Below are positions 25,243 through 34,807 of a stretch of 37,385 bases of DNA, piece by piece. Below the pieces are notes generated by a model, which saw only the letters and a list, made by a program, of their open reading frames with translations, searched no databases and had not been told where the DNA came from. The first letter of the stretch is position 1. Every line of letters begins with the position of its first letter. Source of the stretch: a virus (lineage: Duplodnaviria; Caudoviricetes); the IMG/VR virus record IMGVR_UViG_3300046779_001034, positions 1 through 37,385 of that record; one strand, given 5' to 3'. The position numbers and the translations under genes were made by a program.

Positions 25243-25539
25243 TTAGACGCTAGCTTCGCGCACCCAGAAGCGGTCGCCAGTAGCAGCCGCCACAGCAGGA
25301 GACAAGAACGAGCCACCAGTAGCAGAAGCCACAAAGGTAGTGGTGTTCACTGCAACAACAGCAGTGTTAGCAGCGATTGCAGCACCAGCTTGCACGTAAA
25401 CAGCCAATTTGCCGTCAGTAGTGAAAACTTGAGCGCCCAAACGTGCGTCACCAGTTTTGCCAGCAGCCAAGTCAGCAGCAGTAGTCACATCGTTTAAGTT
25501 CACGCCAATTTTGGCGGTATCAGTGAATGGAGAAGCCAT
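25243..25539 (-). CDS. Capsid decoration/cement protein
   Basis: 98 aa, Ala-rich, G.Q..DG..VYVQA..GD.FW; downstream of the major capsid gene. Confidence 0.65.
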   Translation of the reverse strand: MASPFTDTAKIGVNLNDVTTAADLAAGKTGDARLGAQVFTTDGKLAVYVQAGAAIAANTAVVAVNTTTFVASATGGSFLSPAVAAATGDRFWVREASV

Positions 25540-25550
25540 GATTTTTTCCT

Positions 25551-26174
25551 TTAAGAAGGTTTACAAGATTTTACAGGTGTTGTTAAGGCTCGTTCAATAG
25601 TCCAGCCATAACGGTCAACTCGGCTTCGGATTGTGTCCCATTTAATGCCTAGTTGTTCAGACCACTCAGCTATCGTTTTACGTTCGCCATTTAACTCAAG
25701 AACTCGGTTCAAACGTCTGTTGTTCAATTGCTGTGAGGTAGTTGCCCACCGACAGTTTGAAGGCTCATAGTCACCATCATTGTTAATTCGGTCAATGGAA
25801 TAACCATCAGAACGAACCCCCATGTCAGCAACAAAGTTTTCAAACGATTTCCATCGCTCGCAAACTTTAATCCCGCGACCACCGTAATTTTCATAACCAG
25901 CAGCTTTAGGATTTCCGCACCGTTGATGAATTTGCTGCCACACGCCATAGACAAGAGTATTTGCCATGCCATGTTTAAACCGCTTTTCATCATTCCAACA
26001 TCCGCAAGAAATAACCTTTCCTCGTTTTAAGTCTTGCCCGTATTGCACTGTCTCACGACCACAATCACAAACACACTTCCAGCGAGCATTGGTATCCGTT
26101 GCACTCTTGTTAGGCGCACGCTCTGTGACAAGCAAGCGGCCATAACGTTCACCTAAACGGTCAGTCAGCTTCAT
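25551..26174 (-). CDS. Free-standing HNH-type putative homing endonuclease (same family as 1864-2538)
   Basis: GERYGRLLV, CVCDCG, SCGC, YGGRGIKVC.RW, SIDRINNDGDYEPSNCRWAT; start at 26174 with AAGGA RBS. Confidence 0.82.
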   Translation of the reverse strand: MKLTDRLGERYGRLLVTERAPNKSATDTNARWKCVCDCGRETVQYGQDLKRGKVISCGCWNDEKRFKHGMANTLVYGVWQQIHQRCGNPKAAGYENYGGRGIKVCERWKSFENFVADMGVRSDGYSIDRINNDGDYEPSNCRWATTSQQLNNRRLNRVLELNGERKTIAEWSEQLGIKWDTIRSRVDRYGWTIERALTTPVKSCKPS

Positions 26175-26199
26175 AATAATCCTTTGTAGTTGAATTATC

Positions 26200-26228
26200 A
26201 TTATAGCTTCCTGACTGTTTTCGGTCAA
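26200..26228 (-). promoter_or_regulatory. Sigma70-like promoter of the HNH gene
   Basis: TTGACC-N17-TATAAT. Confidence 0.75.
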
Positions 26229-26239
26229 CTACGATTCAA

Positions 26240-27229
26240 TCAATCCGAAAGAACTGCATTAAACTGGGCTCCTGAGCAGGTGAGAGCACCGGCCCAACCA
26301 ATTAATTTTACAGTTGCGTCTTGGTTCACAGACTGACGGTCGCCGCCGATTGGCACGAAGTTACGGTCTTTGTGTGGGCGGAAGAATGTATATTTCGTGT
26401 TGATGAAATACATGGTGTTAGTGGGGATAGAACCACCGATACCACCGTCCAAGAACACGTCACAGTTCAAGCCAGCACCCATGTACTTGATGCTAGTGAA
26501 GCCAGCAGCGGCGCTATCTTCAGAAGTCACGCGCTGGATAGCTTGCAACGATTCCAAGAAGAAGCGGTAGTAGTTGTTATCAGCCACGATCATGTCAGGA
26601 CGATCAGTGCCGCGAACGGTCTGAACGGCAACACGGTTCATGTATGACTGCATGTTGGCAGCAGAAGCAGCAGCACCACCATCGGTAGTCGCATCAAATG
26701 CCACGTTACGCCAGAAAGTCCAGTTAGCGCGGTTGATACCACCATAAGTGCCAGTTGTAGGCGTCTTGGAGATCATGGCTTGCAAGCCAACCAAGTCCTT
26801 ACCACCGTTACCTGTACCGTCACCGTAGATGCCAGCAGAGATTTGGTTTTGCAACTGAGCTTCAGCGATTTGAATACGGCCTTCGAGCATGTCAATAATC
26901 TGCTCTTTACCGCTGTTTTGCAACATTTCAAAGCCAGAGATAGACACAGCAGCAGCGTATTGCTTCAGGTCAAACTGAGCAGAGCTGATTGGGCTGTTAG
27001 GGGTGATGTCGATGGTGTCATAACCCGAGTATGAACCTGCGTTCAAGCTGTTAGGGTCGTTATACATCAGTTCTTGATAAATGACGTTACCGCCAGAAAC
27101 AGTTTTCACGTTGCCGCGCTGTTTCAGTTTCATCAAGAGAGCGTTGTTTTTGGTTACGCTATCTGCGAGAGTGCCGCTACGCGACTGGATTGTGGTAGCG
27201 AGAATATCGCTAATGTTGGGAAATGCCAT
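26240..27229 (-). CDS. Major capsid protein
   Basis: 329 aa; TTI..RS..LAD.V..NNALL, YSGYD, IYGDGT, GTYGGINR..W.FW.N; follows the scaffold gene. Confidence 0.88.
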   Translation of the reverse strand: MAFPNISDILATTIQSRSGTLADSVTKNNALLMKLKQRGNVKTVSGGNVIYQELMYNDPNSLNAGSYSGYDTIDITPNSPISSAQFDLKQYAAAVSISGFEMLQNSGKEQIIDMLEGRIQIAEAQLQNQISAGIYGDGTGNGGKDLVGLQAMISKTPTTGTYGGINRANWTFWRNVAFDATTDGGAAASAANMQSYMNRVAVQTVRGTDRPDMIVADNNYYRFFLESLQAIQRVTSEDSAAAGFTSIKYMGAGLNCDVFLDGGIGGSIPTNTMYFINTKYTFFRPHKDRNFVPIGGDRQSVNQDATVKLIGWAGALTCSGAQFNAVLSD

Positions 27230-27249
27230 GATTTAGGTTCCTTAAAAAT

Positions 27250-28257
27250 TTACTGAGCGAATTGGGCTTGGAGAATATCTCTCAAAGACCCGCTTACAGG
27301 CTGAGACCCGCTTGAACTAGGAGAACTACCTTTGACACTTACCGATGCAGTTTTTGCACGAGTAGCGCGTTGTTGTTCTTCATACTTCTTCTGAGCTTCA
27401 ATCCGTTGCTGTTCGATTAGGGTTTGCCTAACATCAGGACGCATCCAGATAGCCATTTCGTAGGCTTGTTCTAATGATTGGGCTTTTCCTGTTTCCAGTA
27501 AATCAGCCATATCATTCCGCACTGCCTCGAAGTGCGTTTTATCACCATTACTTGAGAAATTCGTTAACTCATAGTTAGCTTTTTCTCTTTCTTGCTGTTG
27601 GATAGTATTTTGCCACATTTGCTGAGTTTGTTGCAACTCCCGCAATTGGCTCATTAAATACTGCGTTTGTGGGTCTTGTTGTGGCATATTCTGAGCCGTA
27701 CCCATATCAATACCGTAGTCTTGTGCAATCTTGTTCAGCATAGCCGCTTTTGTAGCGGGGTCTGAATAACGCAGAGTATGTTCAACTTGAAGCATACGAG
27801 CCGCAGCAGTAGGCCCATCTAAACCCATTTGCTGAATAGTTTGCTGATAAGGCTGTAATGCTTGCTCAAATTCACGGGCGCGTTGTGCGTGTGTCTTATA
27901 GCCTTCTAAACCCTTGTGATAGTCAGCTTCACGGCGATTAGCTTCAGCAGTGAGTAATTTAATCTCTTGCGGGGTTAATTGCTCGCCACGCTCTGCCTTG
28001 ATGTAAGCCTCTTTAGCTTCAGGTTTCCAACTTGAGGGCGGCTTGATTTCAGGCTCAACAGGTACTTGTGGAACAGGCTCATCTGTGGGGGCTTGCGCTT
28101 CCTTCGCGGCGAATTTACCCGACTCATCGCGTACACGCTCGACAGGTTCATTCGTAAGCTCCGTGTCAGGTTGTTGACTTACAGTTTCAACTGGAGAAGT
28201 ATCGTCTGGTGTTTCAGCAAAAGCTGATTCAAGGGCTGAACGAAGATCATCGGACAT
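27250..28257 (-). CDS. Capsid scaffolding protein
   Basis: Acidic N-terminus, RDESGKF, PPSSW, coiled coil, LEQAY; directly upstream of the major capsid gene. Confidence 0.78.
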   Translation of the reverse strand: MSDDLRSALESAFAETPDDTSPVETVSQQPDTELTNEPVERVRDESGKFAAKEAQAPTDEPVPQVPVEPEIKPPSSWKPEAKEAYIKAERGEQLTPQEIKLLTAEANRREADYHKGLEGYKTHAQRAREFEQALQPYQQTIQQMGLDGPTAAARMLQVEHTLRYSDPATKAAMLNKIAQDYGIDMGTAQNMPQQDPQTQYLMSQLRELQQTQQMWQNTIQQQEREKANYELTNFSSNGDKTHFEAVRNDMADLLETGKAQSLEQAYEMAIWMRPDVRQTLIEQQRIEAQKKYEEQQRATRAKTASVSVKGSSPSSSGSQPVSGSLRDILQAQFAQ

Positions 28258-28285
28258 AAAGGGTTTTCCTTTTGTTGTTAAAAAA

Positions 28286-28681
28286 TCAGTAGCCTAGCTT
28301 TTGCATAGACGTATGAATATCCCTTCGGATTTGTTCACGGTCTACTTTTGGCGCTTGTTTGGTTGTGTGGGCTTTGAGTTCGTTTCCGACCTCGACCAAT
28401 CGGTGAGACTTTAGGTGTTCACGGTGCTGAGAGCGTGAGCCAATCCATTCGCCCGTTACCATTGATTTGTACCCGCCAATATCGTTCATCACCATTGGGG
28501 CGTTTACGTCACTTGAACCGTAATATTCTGACTTGGGGATTAGCTTATTAGTCTCTTTGTCAAATACGAAAGAGCCACGCTCTGCGCGTTTGTTGCCGAA
28601 AATAGCATCAAAGCCTTTATCAAAAGCGTCTTTATCTGTTGGTCGTTGATCTGAGCCCTTACCAGCTTCTGAGAATTTCAT
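28286..28681 (-). CDS. Hypothetical head-module protein
   Basis: DI..YKS..TGE.I.SRS.HREHLK.H..EVGNE motif. Confidence 0.7.
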   Translation of the reverse strand: MKFSEAGKGSDQRPTDKDAFDKGFDAIFGNKRAERGSFVFDKETNKLIPKSEYYGSSDVNAPMVMNDIGGYKSMVTGEWIGSRSQHREHLKSHRLVEVGNELKAHTTKQAPKVDREQIRRDIHTSMQKLGY

Positions 28682-28926
28682 GGCTTCACCATATTTCCAA
28701 AATCGTCTGTGATAAGGCCAGACAGATACATTGAATCACCGACTAATTCAGGGCCGATATTGAAGCCAAAAGCCTTGGCCTTGTATCGCTCTGCCCAGTT
28801 GTATTGTGGATTTTTGGTTTTAATTAGTGCTTTATTTGCTTGGGCGGTCAAGTCCATAAGATTCATGGTCTTACCGTACCAGTTAAGCCAATCACGGCGC
28901 TGTTTGTTTTTTTCCATTTGATTCAA
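28678..28926 (-). CDS. Hypothetical protein
   Basis: ORF coupled to the next gene; start at 28926 or 28917. Confidence 0.55.
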   Translation of the reverse strand: MNQMEKNKQRRDWLNWYGKTMNLMDLTAQANKALIKTKNPQYNWAERYKAKAFGFNIGPELVGDSMYLSGLITDDFGNMVKP

Positions 28927-28935
28927 GGGTTTTCC

Positions 28936-29307
28936 TCACATCAATAAAAGCATGATCGCATCATTCTCATCGTTTTCGTCATTAATACGACGAATCTCAA
29001 GCGTGATTATAAGCTGTTTTGCAATGAATAGCGCCATCTCCGCGTTATTCGATACTTTTGAGTAATCAATGCCTTGGAATTGCTTACGCGCTTCGGGTAC
29101 TGCTTTTAACGCCTCTACGGGGTTTTCTTGTACCGCTTCGATTACTTCGGCAAGTGTTGGCTTTTTCTTTTCGTGCTGTTTCTTCCACCACTTTAGCAAA
29201 TGCTCGGGAATATAGCCGCCACCAGTATCGTGCGTATCAGGTGTAGATACCTTGCCCCAACTATTGAGCCAAGATACCCCCCACGATTTGCCCCATGCGC
29301 TTGCCAT
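28936..29307 (-). CDS. Hypothetical protein with Trp-Gly repeats at the N-terminus
   Basis: SAWGKSWGVSWLNSWG; ends DENDAIMLLLM. Confidence 0.7.
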   Translation of the reverse strand: MASAWGKSWGVSWLNSWGKVSTPDTHDTGGGYIPEHLLKWWKKQHEKKKPTLAEVIEAVQENPVEALKAVPEARKQFQGIDYSKVSNNAEMALFIAKQLIITLEIRRINDENDENDAIMLLLM

Positions 29308-29318
29308 TGCTTACCCCT

Positions 29319-32300
29319 TTAAACTGGGTTCCAAGGGTCGTTATCCTCGCCAGTGCCTTTCACCTCAATATCGTTCACATATTGAATGTTTGCATCCAGC
29401 ATATTTGGCACTGTAAATGTCAGGTTATCAGTCTTTGCTTGAATTGCATCCACATCAATCTGCATCACCTCAACCTTGGTCAAGATTTCCGTCACTTCAG
29501 GAGCTTGGGCAAGCTGAATTTGATCCCCTACATAGAACGCCTGTGTGTAAATGCCTTTAGCCATGCTTGTTCGGCGGCGAATGTTGGAGTTTGTGTCCAC
29601 GCCAACAATATCGTAACCTGTCACACCAATGAAGCGGTAAGTCACGTTGCCAACCGTAGCCAACAATGTACCTGTGGCGTAGTCAGCCGTAGCTGTTGAA
29701 GTTGTTACCTTCCATAACTGGAAAGTACCGTCACCACCGTTGATGGTCAAAGAACTGTTGCCGTTAGCGTCTTCAATTGCAATAGTGATAACTTCAGTTG
29801 TGTTAGCCGTAATCGTTGCAGGTGGAGTTGCAATCTCAGTTGTGTATTTGCTGTCGCCAGCGTAGCTTGTTGACTTGGTTGTAATCACTGAGCCAGTAAT
29901 TGAATAAACCGAGGCTGAATCCTTGTTAATCAGGTGCGAGAACGTACCAATTTCCAATGATGTACCAGCGCGAGTTACGATTTGGCCTAGCTTAATGCCT
30001 TGCTCACTCAAGCGGAAATAGGCAGTACGGTCGTAGAACTTGCTAGAAGTCTCGATAGCCGTGTATGCCGCCACAGTTGCCTTAGTGGTTTCTGTGATGC
30101 CCACATCTTCAATGTAGATTGGTTCATAGAACAACAAACCGCCCGTGTTGGCAGCGAATGAGCCCGATTGACGTTGCTTGCCGTACAACTCAATAGCCCA
30201 AGAATATGTGCCTGTCGTGCCTGGTTGGATGTAATAAATGTAGTTGCCAGCCGTTGTTACCTCTTGCTGGAAATACTTAGTTACGCCCGATGCGTCATAA
30301 ACAATGATTGACGAACCAACAGAGATATTCTCAAACTGCCAGATTGTCGAAGTGCCACGACTGTCAGTAATTGGGATTTCGTTAGTTGCGGCGTTAATCA
30401 GGCCAGTAGTGCTGATTGCAGTCAATACGTCACTGGAGTTGCCTTCAATGAAGCTGATATTGCTTGCCACGTTGTAATCGCCCAGTTTCAGGGTAGAACC
30501 TGAAGTGGTAGACAAGAAGTCTGTATCGCTTGCGTATGTAGCCCACCAGTTTTTCAGGGCGTTATACAAACGTTGTGGCGACCATGTGAGCGAACCAGAA
30601 ACTGCGCTGATTGTCTTAGTACCTGTATCAACAGAGATCAAGGCAGAATCAGCCAAGCCAGTAGATGCGTTTACATAGTAAGCATCCACCACACCAGCAA
30701 AGGCGGCAGTAATCAAGCCAGTTTTAGCCGTTGCCGCCGTGAATGTCTGTGTCAGGTCTTGCCAACCAGCTTGGCGGACTTGCACTTCCCAATCAATCGT
30801 GTTCAGAACAGTTTTGCTGTCCAAGCTGTCCAAGAATGGCAAGAAACCGTCCGAGGAATCCATGAACGTAGGGTCACGGAAAAAGTTAGAACGAGCAACC
30901 GTACTCAGTGCAGTCGTGTTGAAAATCTGCGTTGGGTAACGTGACGCCATTGCAGAAGGCTTGACACGCATTTTGGGCGCATAACCTGTCTTATCAATGG
31001 TGAAGGTGGGACGGAACCCGATAACACCGTAGAAACCGCTTGAGCCTGTTGGCGTAGAACCAGCAGCCCATCGGAACAAACCACCAGCTTGCATGGTTGG
31101 GTCAACCCACCACCATTTATTGGCAGAACCGAAAGTGTTGGCGATTGTGGTCAATGAACCTGTGTAGGTATAGGTGTCCATCAAAATGTTTGATGTACCG
31201 TTACCGAAGATAGCACCGCCGTACTTAAAACCAACCATCTTTGAGTTGTTGCTGGTGTAGCCCATCTGCCAAATAACGTTTGAGGCTGTGCCGTTCACCG
31301 TGAAATTGTTAATCACCGATGTTGGCAAGAAATAGGCATGAACAGCCACCTGTGCGCCGTTAGGACAATTCAGGGTCAGCGTTGAATTGCTAATGTTCCA
31401 AGTTGCGCCAGCTTCAGTATTTGAGAATACCGTACCAGAGCCGCCAGAAACAATGTTGTATGTGACGGTGCTGTCGCTCATGTTCAGCGTAGAACCGCTA
31501 CGGAACTCGCTTGTCGTGCCAGTGCCGTAACCAAGTCCAGCAGTTGGGCTAACAGTCAGCGTAGAACCGTTGGTAATGTTAAACGTAGAACCGCTTTGGA
31601 ACTGGAACAAATCAGCGCGAACAGCAGGAGTCCACACCACATCATCTTTATTCAAGTTCAACGATGAAGTGCCGCCAAACGTCCAAGATGTTGAGCTATT
31701 GAACGTGTTGTTATACGTTCCCATAGTCGTAGCGCCACCAGTGATATTCATCTTCCAAGGGCTTGTCAGGCTGTACTTGCCGCCAGAACTCGCTTGAAAA
31801 TCAGCTTGTGCGCTGTTTGCTGTTAGTGCTTGGCTGTATTGACCAAAGGCATACACTTCATCTAGGTTATGAGCCGATGAAATTGTGTAAACCTTGTTTG
31901 TGTAGTCAAGACTTAAACCTGTCAATGCAGCCGCAGCAGTAGGCGTTACAGAGCCATAAGCAGGATCTGTCAGCATAAACACAGGCTGAGAATATGAGGC
32001 TGTATCAAGGCTGTATGACACAGACTGCGAGATATAGCCGTTTTTGCGGAATTGCGCGGTTTGAGCGATTGTGTCTGTAAAACTATCACATACTCGGTAA
32101 GAAGTTGTTGTAGTTGTCCAGTTAAGAATTAGCGCCTGTGTATATGCGTTGTAATCGCCTGTTTGAACAGCGTTAACCAAAGACGTAGAGCCGCTCTTGA
32201 TATACAGCGTTACGTTGCTTAAGTTTGCTGCGCTTGAATCATTGAATTCAAAGGCCACAGTTCTTGGGAAATTCAGCACGTTAGTGCCGCCATAACGCAA

Positions 32301-33365
32301 ATACTTTGTTTTCAGGTCATTCAAACCCCAACCCGCTGTTGTCAGGTTGATGTTTGAATATGTCTCTGTTGTGCCGTTTGAAAATCCGCCAACAAATTGC
32401 GAGCTAGTAACTTGAGGCTGATATCCGTCAAGCGTGAAGCCGTTTGGCATTGAAAACTTATGCTGTGGCGTTGATTGGTAGTTACCTACGTAATACAAAC
32501 CATCAAAAGTAGCAAAGTTAGTGCCGTTTGTCGCGCTAATGCCCGAGTTGGCTTTCACGATGTAAGTGTTCTTTAACGTGCCAAAAGCCGCGCCAATCGA
32601 AGCGTTCGCACCCGCGCTGTCGCCTTGATGGTCGAGAATCATGTTTTCAACAACCATCTCCATACGACCAGCAGCAAAGTAGAACGAAGCGTTAGAGCCA
32701 GCATATTCCACGAAGCGCACGTTGTGCATACGAAACTTGCCCGTCATCGTGCCTGTCGCTGTGCCAGTCCACATATTCGAGCCACCAGCGCCACCGTTGT
32801 TCCAGCTATTTGAGTAGAACGTAGGACCAGCGGTTTTCATGAACTGAGTGCCGTTAACCAAATAGCCACCACGCAATTCACCGAGAATCGAAGCGCCTTC
32901 AAACTGCCAGCGCCCACCAACACCAAACTCAAGCGTCCAGTTCAAGAAGTCGAACACCGCACCAGCAACAATGTTTGACCAATAGACTGTTAAACCACCA
33001 GGAAAAAGAATCTCACGCTTTGCAATGTTGGTAGACATAACGCCAAAACCAGCGTCATAAATGTTTTGAGGCGTGGCGTAGTCTGTCGCGCCTGACATTG
33101 TGATAGTCAGAGTTGAACCGTATACCGAGCTAAAAATCAAGTTTTGAGCGCCAGCAGCCGTAGCGTTAGAAGCTGCACCAGCAGCAGTCACCATCGTTAC
33201 TGTCGTGCCGTTAATAGTGCCAATGCGTGAGCCTGTTGGAACACCTGTGCCTTGAATCGTTGCGCCTACCACCAAGCCTGTGGCACTTGATACGACCATC
33301 GAGTTGCTGCCACTTGTAAGCGTACAGCTTCTCGCTGTGCCAGTCATTACGATTGAAACTGCCAT
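29319..33365 (-). CDS. Large beta-rich fibre/spike/adhesin-like structural protein (1348 aa)
   Basis: T/S/G/N-rich; beta-helix-like repeats GSTFNITNGSTLTV, GSTLNMSDSTVTY, GATWNISNSTLTL. Confidence 0.65.
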   Translation of the reverse strand: MAVSIVMTGTARSCTLTSGSNSMVVSSATGLVVGATIQGTGVPTGSRIGTINGTTVTMVTAAGAASNATAAGAQNLIFSSVYGSTLTITMSGATDYATPQNIYDAGFGVMSTNIAKREILFPGGLTVYWSNIVAGAVFDFLNWTLEFGVGGRWQFEGASILGELRGGYLVNGTQFMKTAGPTFYSNSWNNGGAGGSNMWTGTATGTMTGKFRMHNVRFVEYAGSNASFYFAAGRMEMVVENMILDHQGDSAGANASIGAAFGTLKNTYIVKANSGISATNGTNFATFDGLYYVGNYQSTPQHKFSMPNGFTLDGYQPQVTSSQFVGGFSNGTTETYSNINLTTAGWGLNDLKTKYLRYGGTNVLNFPRTVAFEFNDSSAANLSNVTLYIKSGSTSLVNAVQTGDYNAYTQALILNWTTTTTSYRVCDSFTDTIAQTAQFRKNGYISQSVSYSLDTASYSQPVFMLTDPAYGSVTPTAAAALTGLSLDYTNKVYTISSAHNLDEVYAFGQYSQALTANSAQADFQASSGGKYSLTSPWKMNITGGATTMGTYNNTFNSSTSWTFGGTSSLNLNKDDVVWTPAVRADLFQFQSGSTFNITNGSTLTVSPTAGLGYGTGTTSEFRSGSTLNMSDSTVTYNIVSGGSGTVFSNTEAGATWNISNSTLTLNCPNGAQVAVHAYFLPTSVINNFTVNGTASNVIWQMGYTSNNSKMVGFKYGGAIFGNGTSNILMDTYTYTGSLTTIANTFGSANKWWWVDPTMQAGGLFRWAAGSTPTGSSGFYGVIGFRPTFTIDKTGYAPKMRVKPSAMASRYPTQIFNTTALSTVARSNFFRDPTFMDSSDGFLPFLDSLDSKTVLNTIDWEVQVRQAGWQDLTQTFTAATAKTGLITAAFAGVVDAYYVNASTGLADSALISVDTGTKTISAVSGSLTWSPQRLYNALKNWWATYASDTDFLSTTSGSTLKLGDYNVASNISFIEGNSSDVLTAISTTGLINAATNEIPITDSRGTSTIWQFENISVGSSIIVYDASGVTKYFQQEVTTAGNYIYYIQPGTTGTYSWAIELYGKQRQSGSFAANTGGLLFYEPIYIEDVGITETTKATVAAYTAIETSSKFYDRTAYFRLSEQGIKLGQIVTRAGTSLEIGTFSHLINKDSASVYSITGSVITTKSTSYAGDSKYTTEIATPPATITANTTEVITIAIEDANGNSSLTINGGDGTFQLWKVTTSTATADYATGTLLATVGNVTYRFIGVTGYDIVGVDTNSNIRRRTSMAKGIYTQAFYVGDQIQLAQAPEVTEILTKVEVMQIDVDAIQAKTDNLTFTVPNMLDANIQYVNDIEVKGTGEDNDPWNPV

Positions 33366-33410
33366 TATTCTTTATCCTTTGGTGTAGTGTCGTCAGGCTT
33401 TTGCAACAAA

Positions 33411-33719
33411 TCAATTGTTGCTTTTTTCATGCAATTTTTCCTGAAGCAAATATCCTTCCAACTCCCACACCTTTTCTCGTGCGTTTTTGCTACTAATTTT
33501 CATGCCAATTTCATGGTCAAAATTAGCTTTACTGACGGTTGCGGCCTCGCCTCGAACTGTAAATCCGTTGCGTAGTGTAAGTTCGCACACCATAACCTTA
33601 TGGCTTGGCAGCACGGTAAAAGTCACTCCAACGATTGCCGCGTCAATATCTTCTGGCGTAATGCGAGGGGCGGTCAGGCCTTTATCTTTGATTTGTTGCT
33701 CAATATCTTGGTCGTTCAT
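33411..33719 (-). CDS. N4 Gp49/Sf6 gp66-family protein
   Basis: APRITPEDID, C.L.L.NGFTV.G..A.VS..NFD.EIG..I..A..K.W.LEGYLL. Confidence 0.85.
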   Translation of the reverse strand: MNDQDIEQQIKDKGLTAPRITPEDIDAAIVGVTFTVLPSHKVMVCELTLRNGFTVRGEAATVSKANFDHEIGMKISSKNAREKVWELEGYLLQEKLHEKSNN

Positions 33720-33758
33720 GGCTGTTTCCTTTGGTTGGTTAAAATTTTGTTAATGACA

Positions 33759-33902
33759 TCATTCATCATTTTTAGGCGTAGTGTCGTCTGGTTTCGGCGG
33801 CTTCTTTCGCCCGTAATACCTACCCTGCAATACTTTTAGCGCCCCTAGTCCAATGACAAAAGGGATGCCGTAAACAACAACATCAGCAATAAACGCTGAC
33901 AT
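33759..33902 (-). CDS. Small membrane protein (47 aa)
   Basis: MSAFIADVVVYGIPFVIGLGALKVLQGRYYGRKKPPKPDDTTPKNDE; TAATG coupling. Confidence 0.6.
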   Translation of the reverse strand: MSAFIADVVVYGIPFVIGLGALKVLQGRYYGRKKPPKPDDTTPKNDE

Positions 33903-34195
33903 TATTCAGCCTCTACAAACATTGCCGATTTAGCTACTGCAAGCTGTAACCCAATGCCTTGTGCTACCAAGGAATATGCGCCTTCAGGAGAAGCATCCCA
34001 TGTTAGATAATTTTCACGGCCCTCAAGAGAATAAGTGGATTCTCCGCTCCACACCATGTTTTCATCGTACAGCGTGTATTTGAATGTGACGGAATCAAAA
34101 AGGTTATCAGAGATTGACACCACGTTAAATTGAGTGGCTTCCATACGCTTGCCATTGGCAAAAGCGATTTGTGGCTTGATTTGTACTGTAATCAT
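33902..34195 (-). CDS. Hypothetical protein
   Basis: Start MITVQIKP with GGAG RBS; TATAAT near 34220. Confidence 0.65.
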   Translation of the reverse strand: MITVQIKPQIAFANGKRMEATQFNVVSISDNLFDSVTFKYTLYDENMVWSGESTYSLEGRENYLTWDASPEGAYSLVAQGIGLQLAVAKSAMFVEAE

Positions 34196-34238
34196 TGGCG
34201 CTCCGTTGAGTTGCCCAATTATAGCCAATTGCCTTGGT

Positions 34239-34352
34239 TTAGCTACACGTAGAACGTAGCCATCCATTTAAATCAAACTCTGCCCACGCACATAAATACT
34301 CAAGCAATCTCGGCGCTAAGTCCATTGCCCAAATAGTGCATGAATCAGTCAT
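34239..34352 (-). CDS. Small hypothetical protein (37 aa)
   Basis: MTDSCTIWAMDLAPRLLEYLCAWAEF...; AGGAG RBS; overlaps the upstream stop. Confidence 0.45.
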   Translation of the reverse strand: MTDSCTIWAMDLAPRLLEYLCAWAEFDLNGWLRSTCS

Positions 34353-34536
34353 CGCTACATACTCCTGCTAAAGCGAATCCGTTTGCTTGCTCTTGTAATG
34401 CAGCCAGTTCTTTGGCTTTCTTTTCTATTTCAACAGATAAGCCGTGATTGTCGTAGCTGACTTTAAACGTCATACCAGACATTACTAGAGCAATAATTAC
34501 TGCCCAATCTTTAACCTTGTCCACTAAGTTGCTCAT
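34345..34536 (-). CDS. Membrane-anchored coiled-coil protein
   Basis: N-terminal TM segment followed by a short coiled coil. Confidence 0.55.
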   Translation of the reverse strand: MSNLVDKVKDWAVIIALVMSGMTFKVSYDNHGLSVEIEKKAKELAALQEQANGFALAGVCSDD

Positions 34537-34807
34537 ACGGTTCTCTTGCAAAGTGAGCGATAAACAGACAAATCGCTAGGTCTTTTGTCATCCATAAAGG
34601 CACACCAACATCAACTGGATAGTGGCCATGTGCGAAGTAATAGATAGACCTAGACGTTTGAACGATAAGTCCAAATACACCAAAAATGAAGGCCAACTCA
34701 AGAAGGATGCGTTTTTTTTTGCTTTTGCCCTTAATCATCCACCAGATAACCGTCAAAATACACGGAACTGATACTCCGATTAAGAGCTGAAGCCAAAAGG
34801 CAATCAT
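34511..34807 (-). CDS. Multi-pass membrane protein
   Basis: About three hydrophobic helices; ATGA coupling. Confidence 0.65.
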   Translation of the reverse strand: MIAFWLQLLIGVSVPCILTVIWWMIKGKSKKKRILLELAFIFGVFGLIVQTSRSIYYFAHGHYPVDVGVPLWMTKDLAICLFIAHFAREPYEQLSGQG

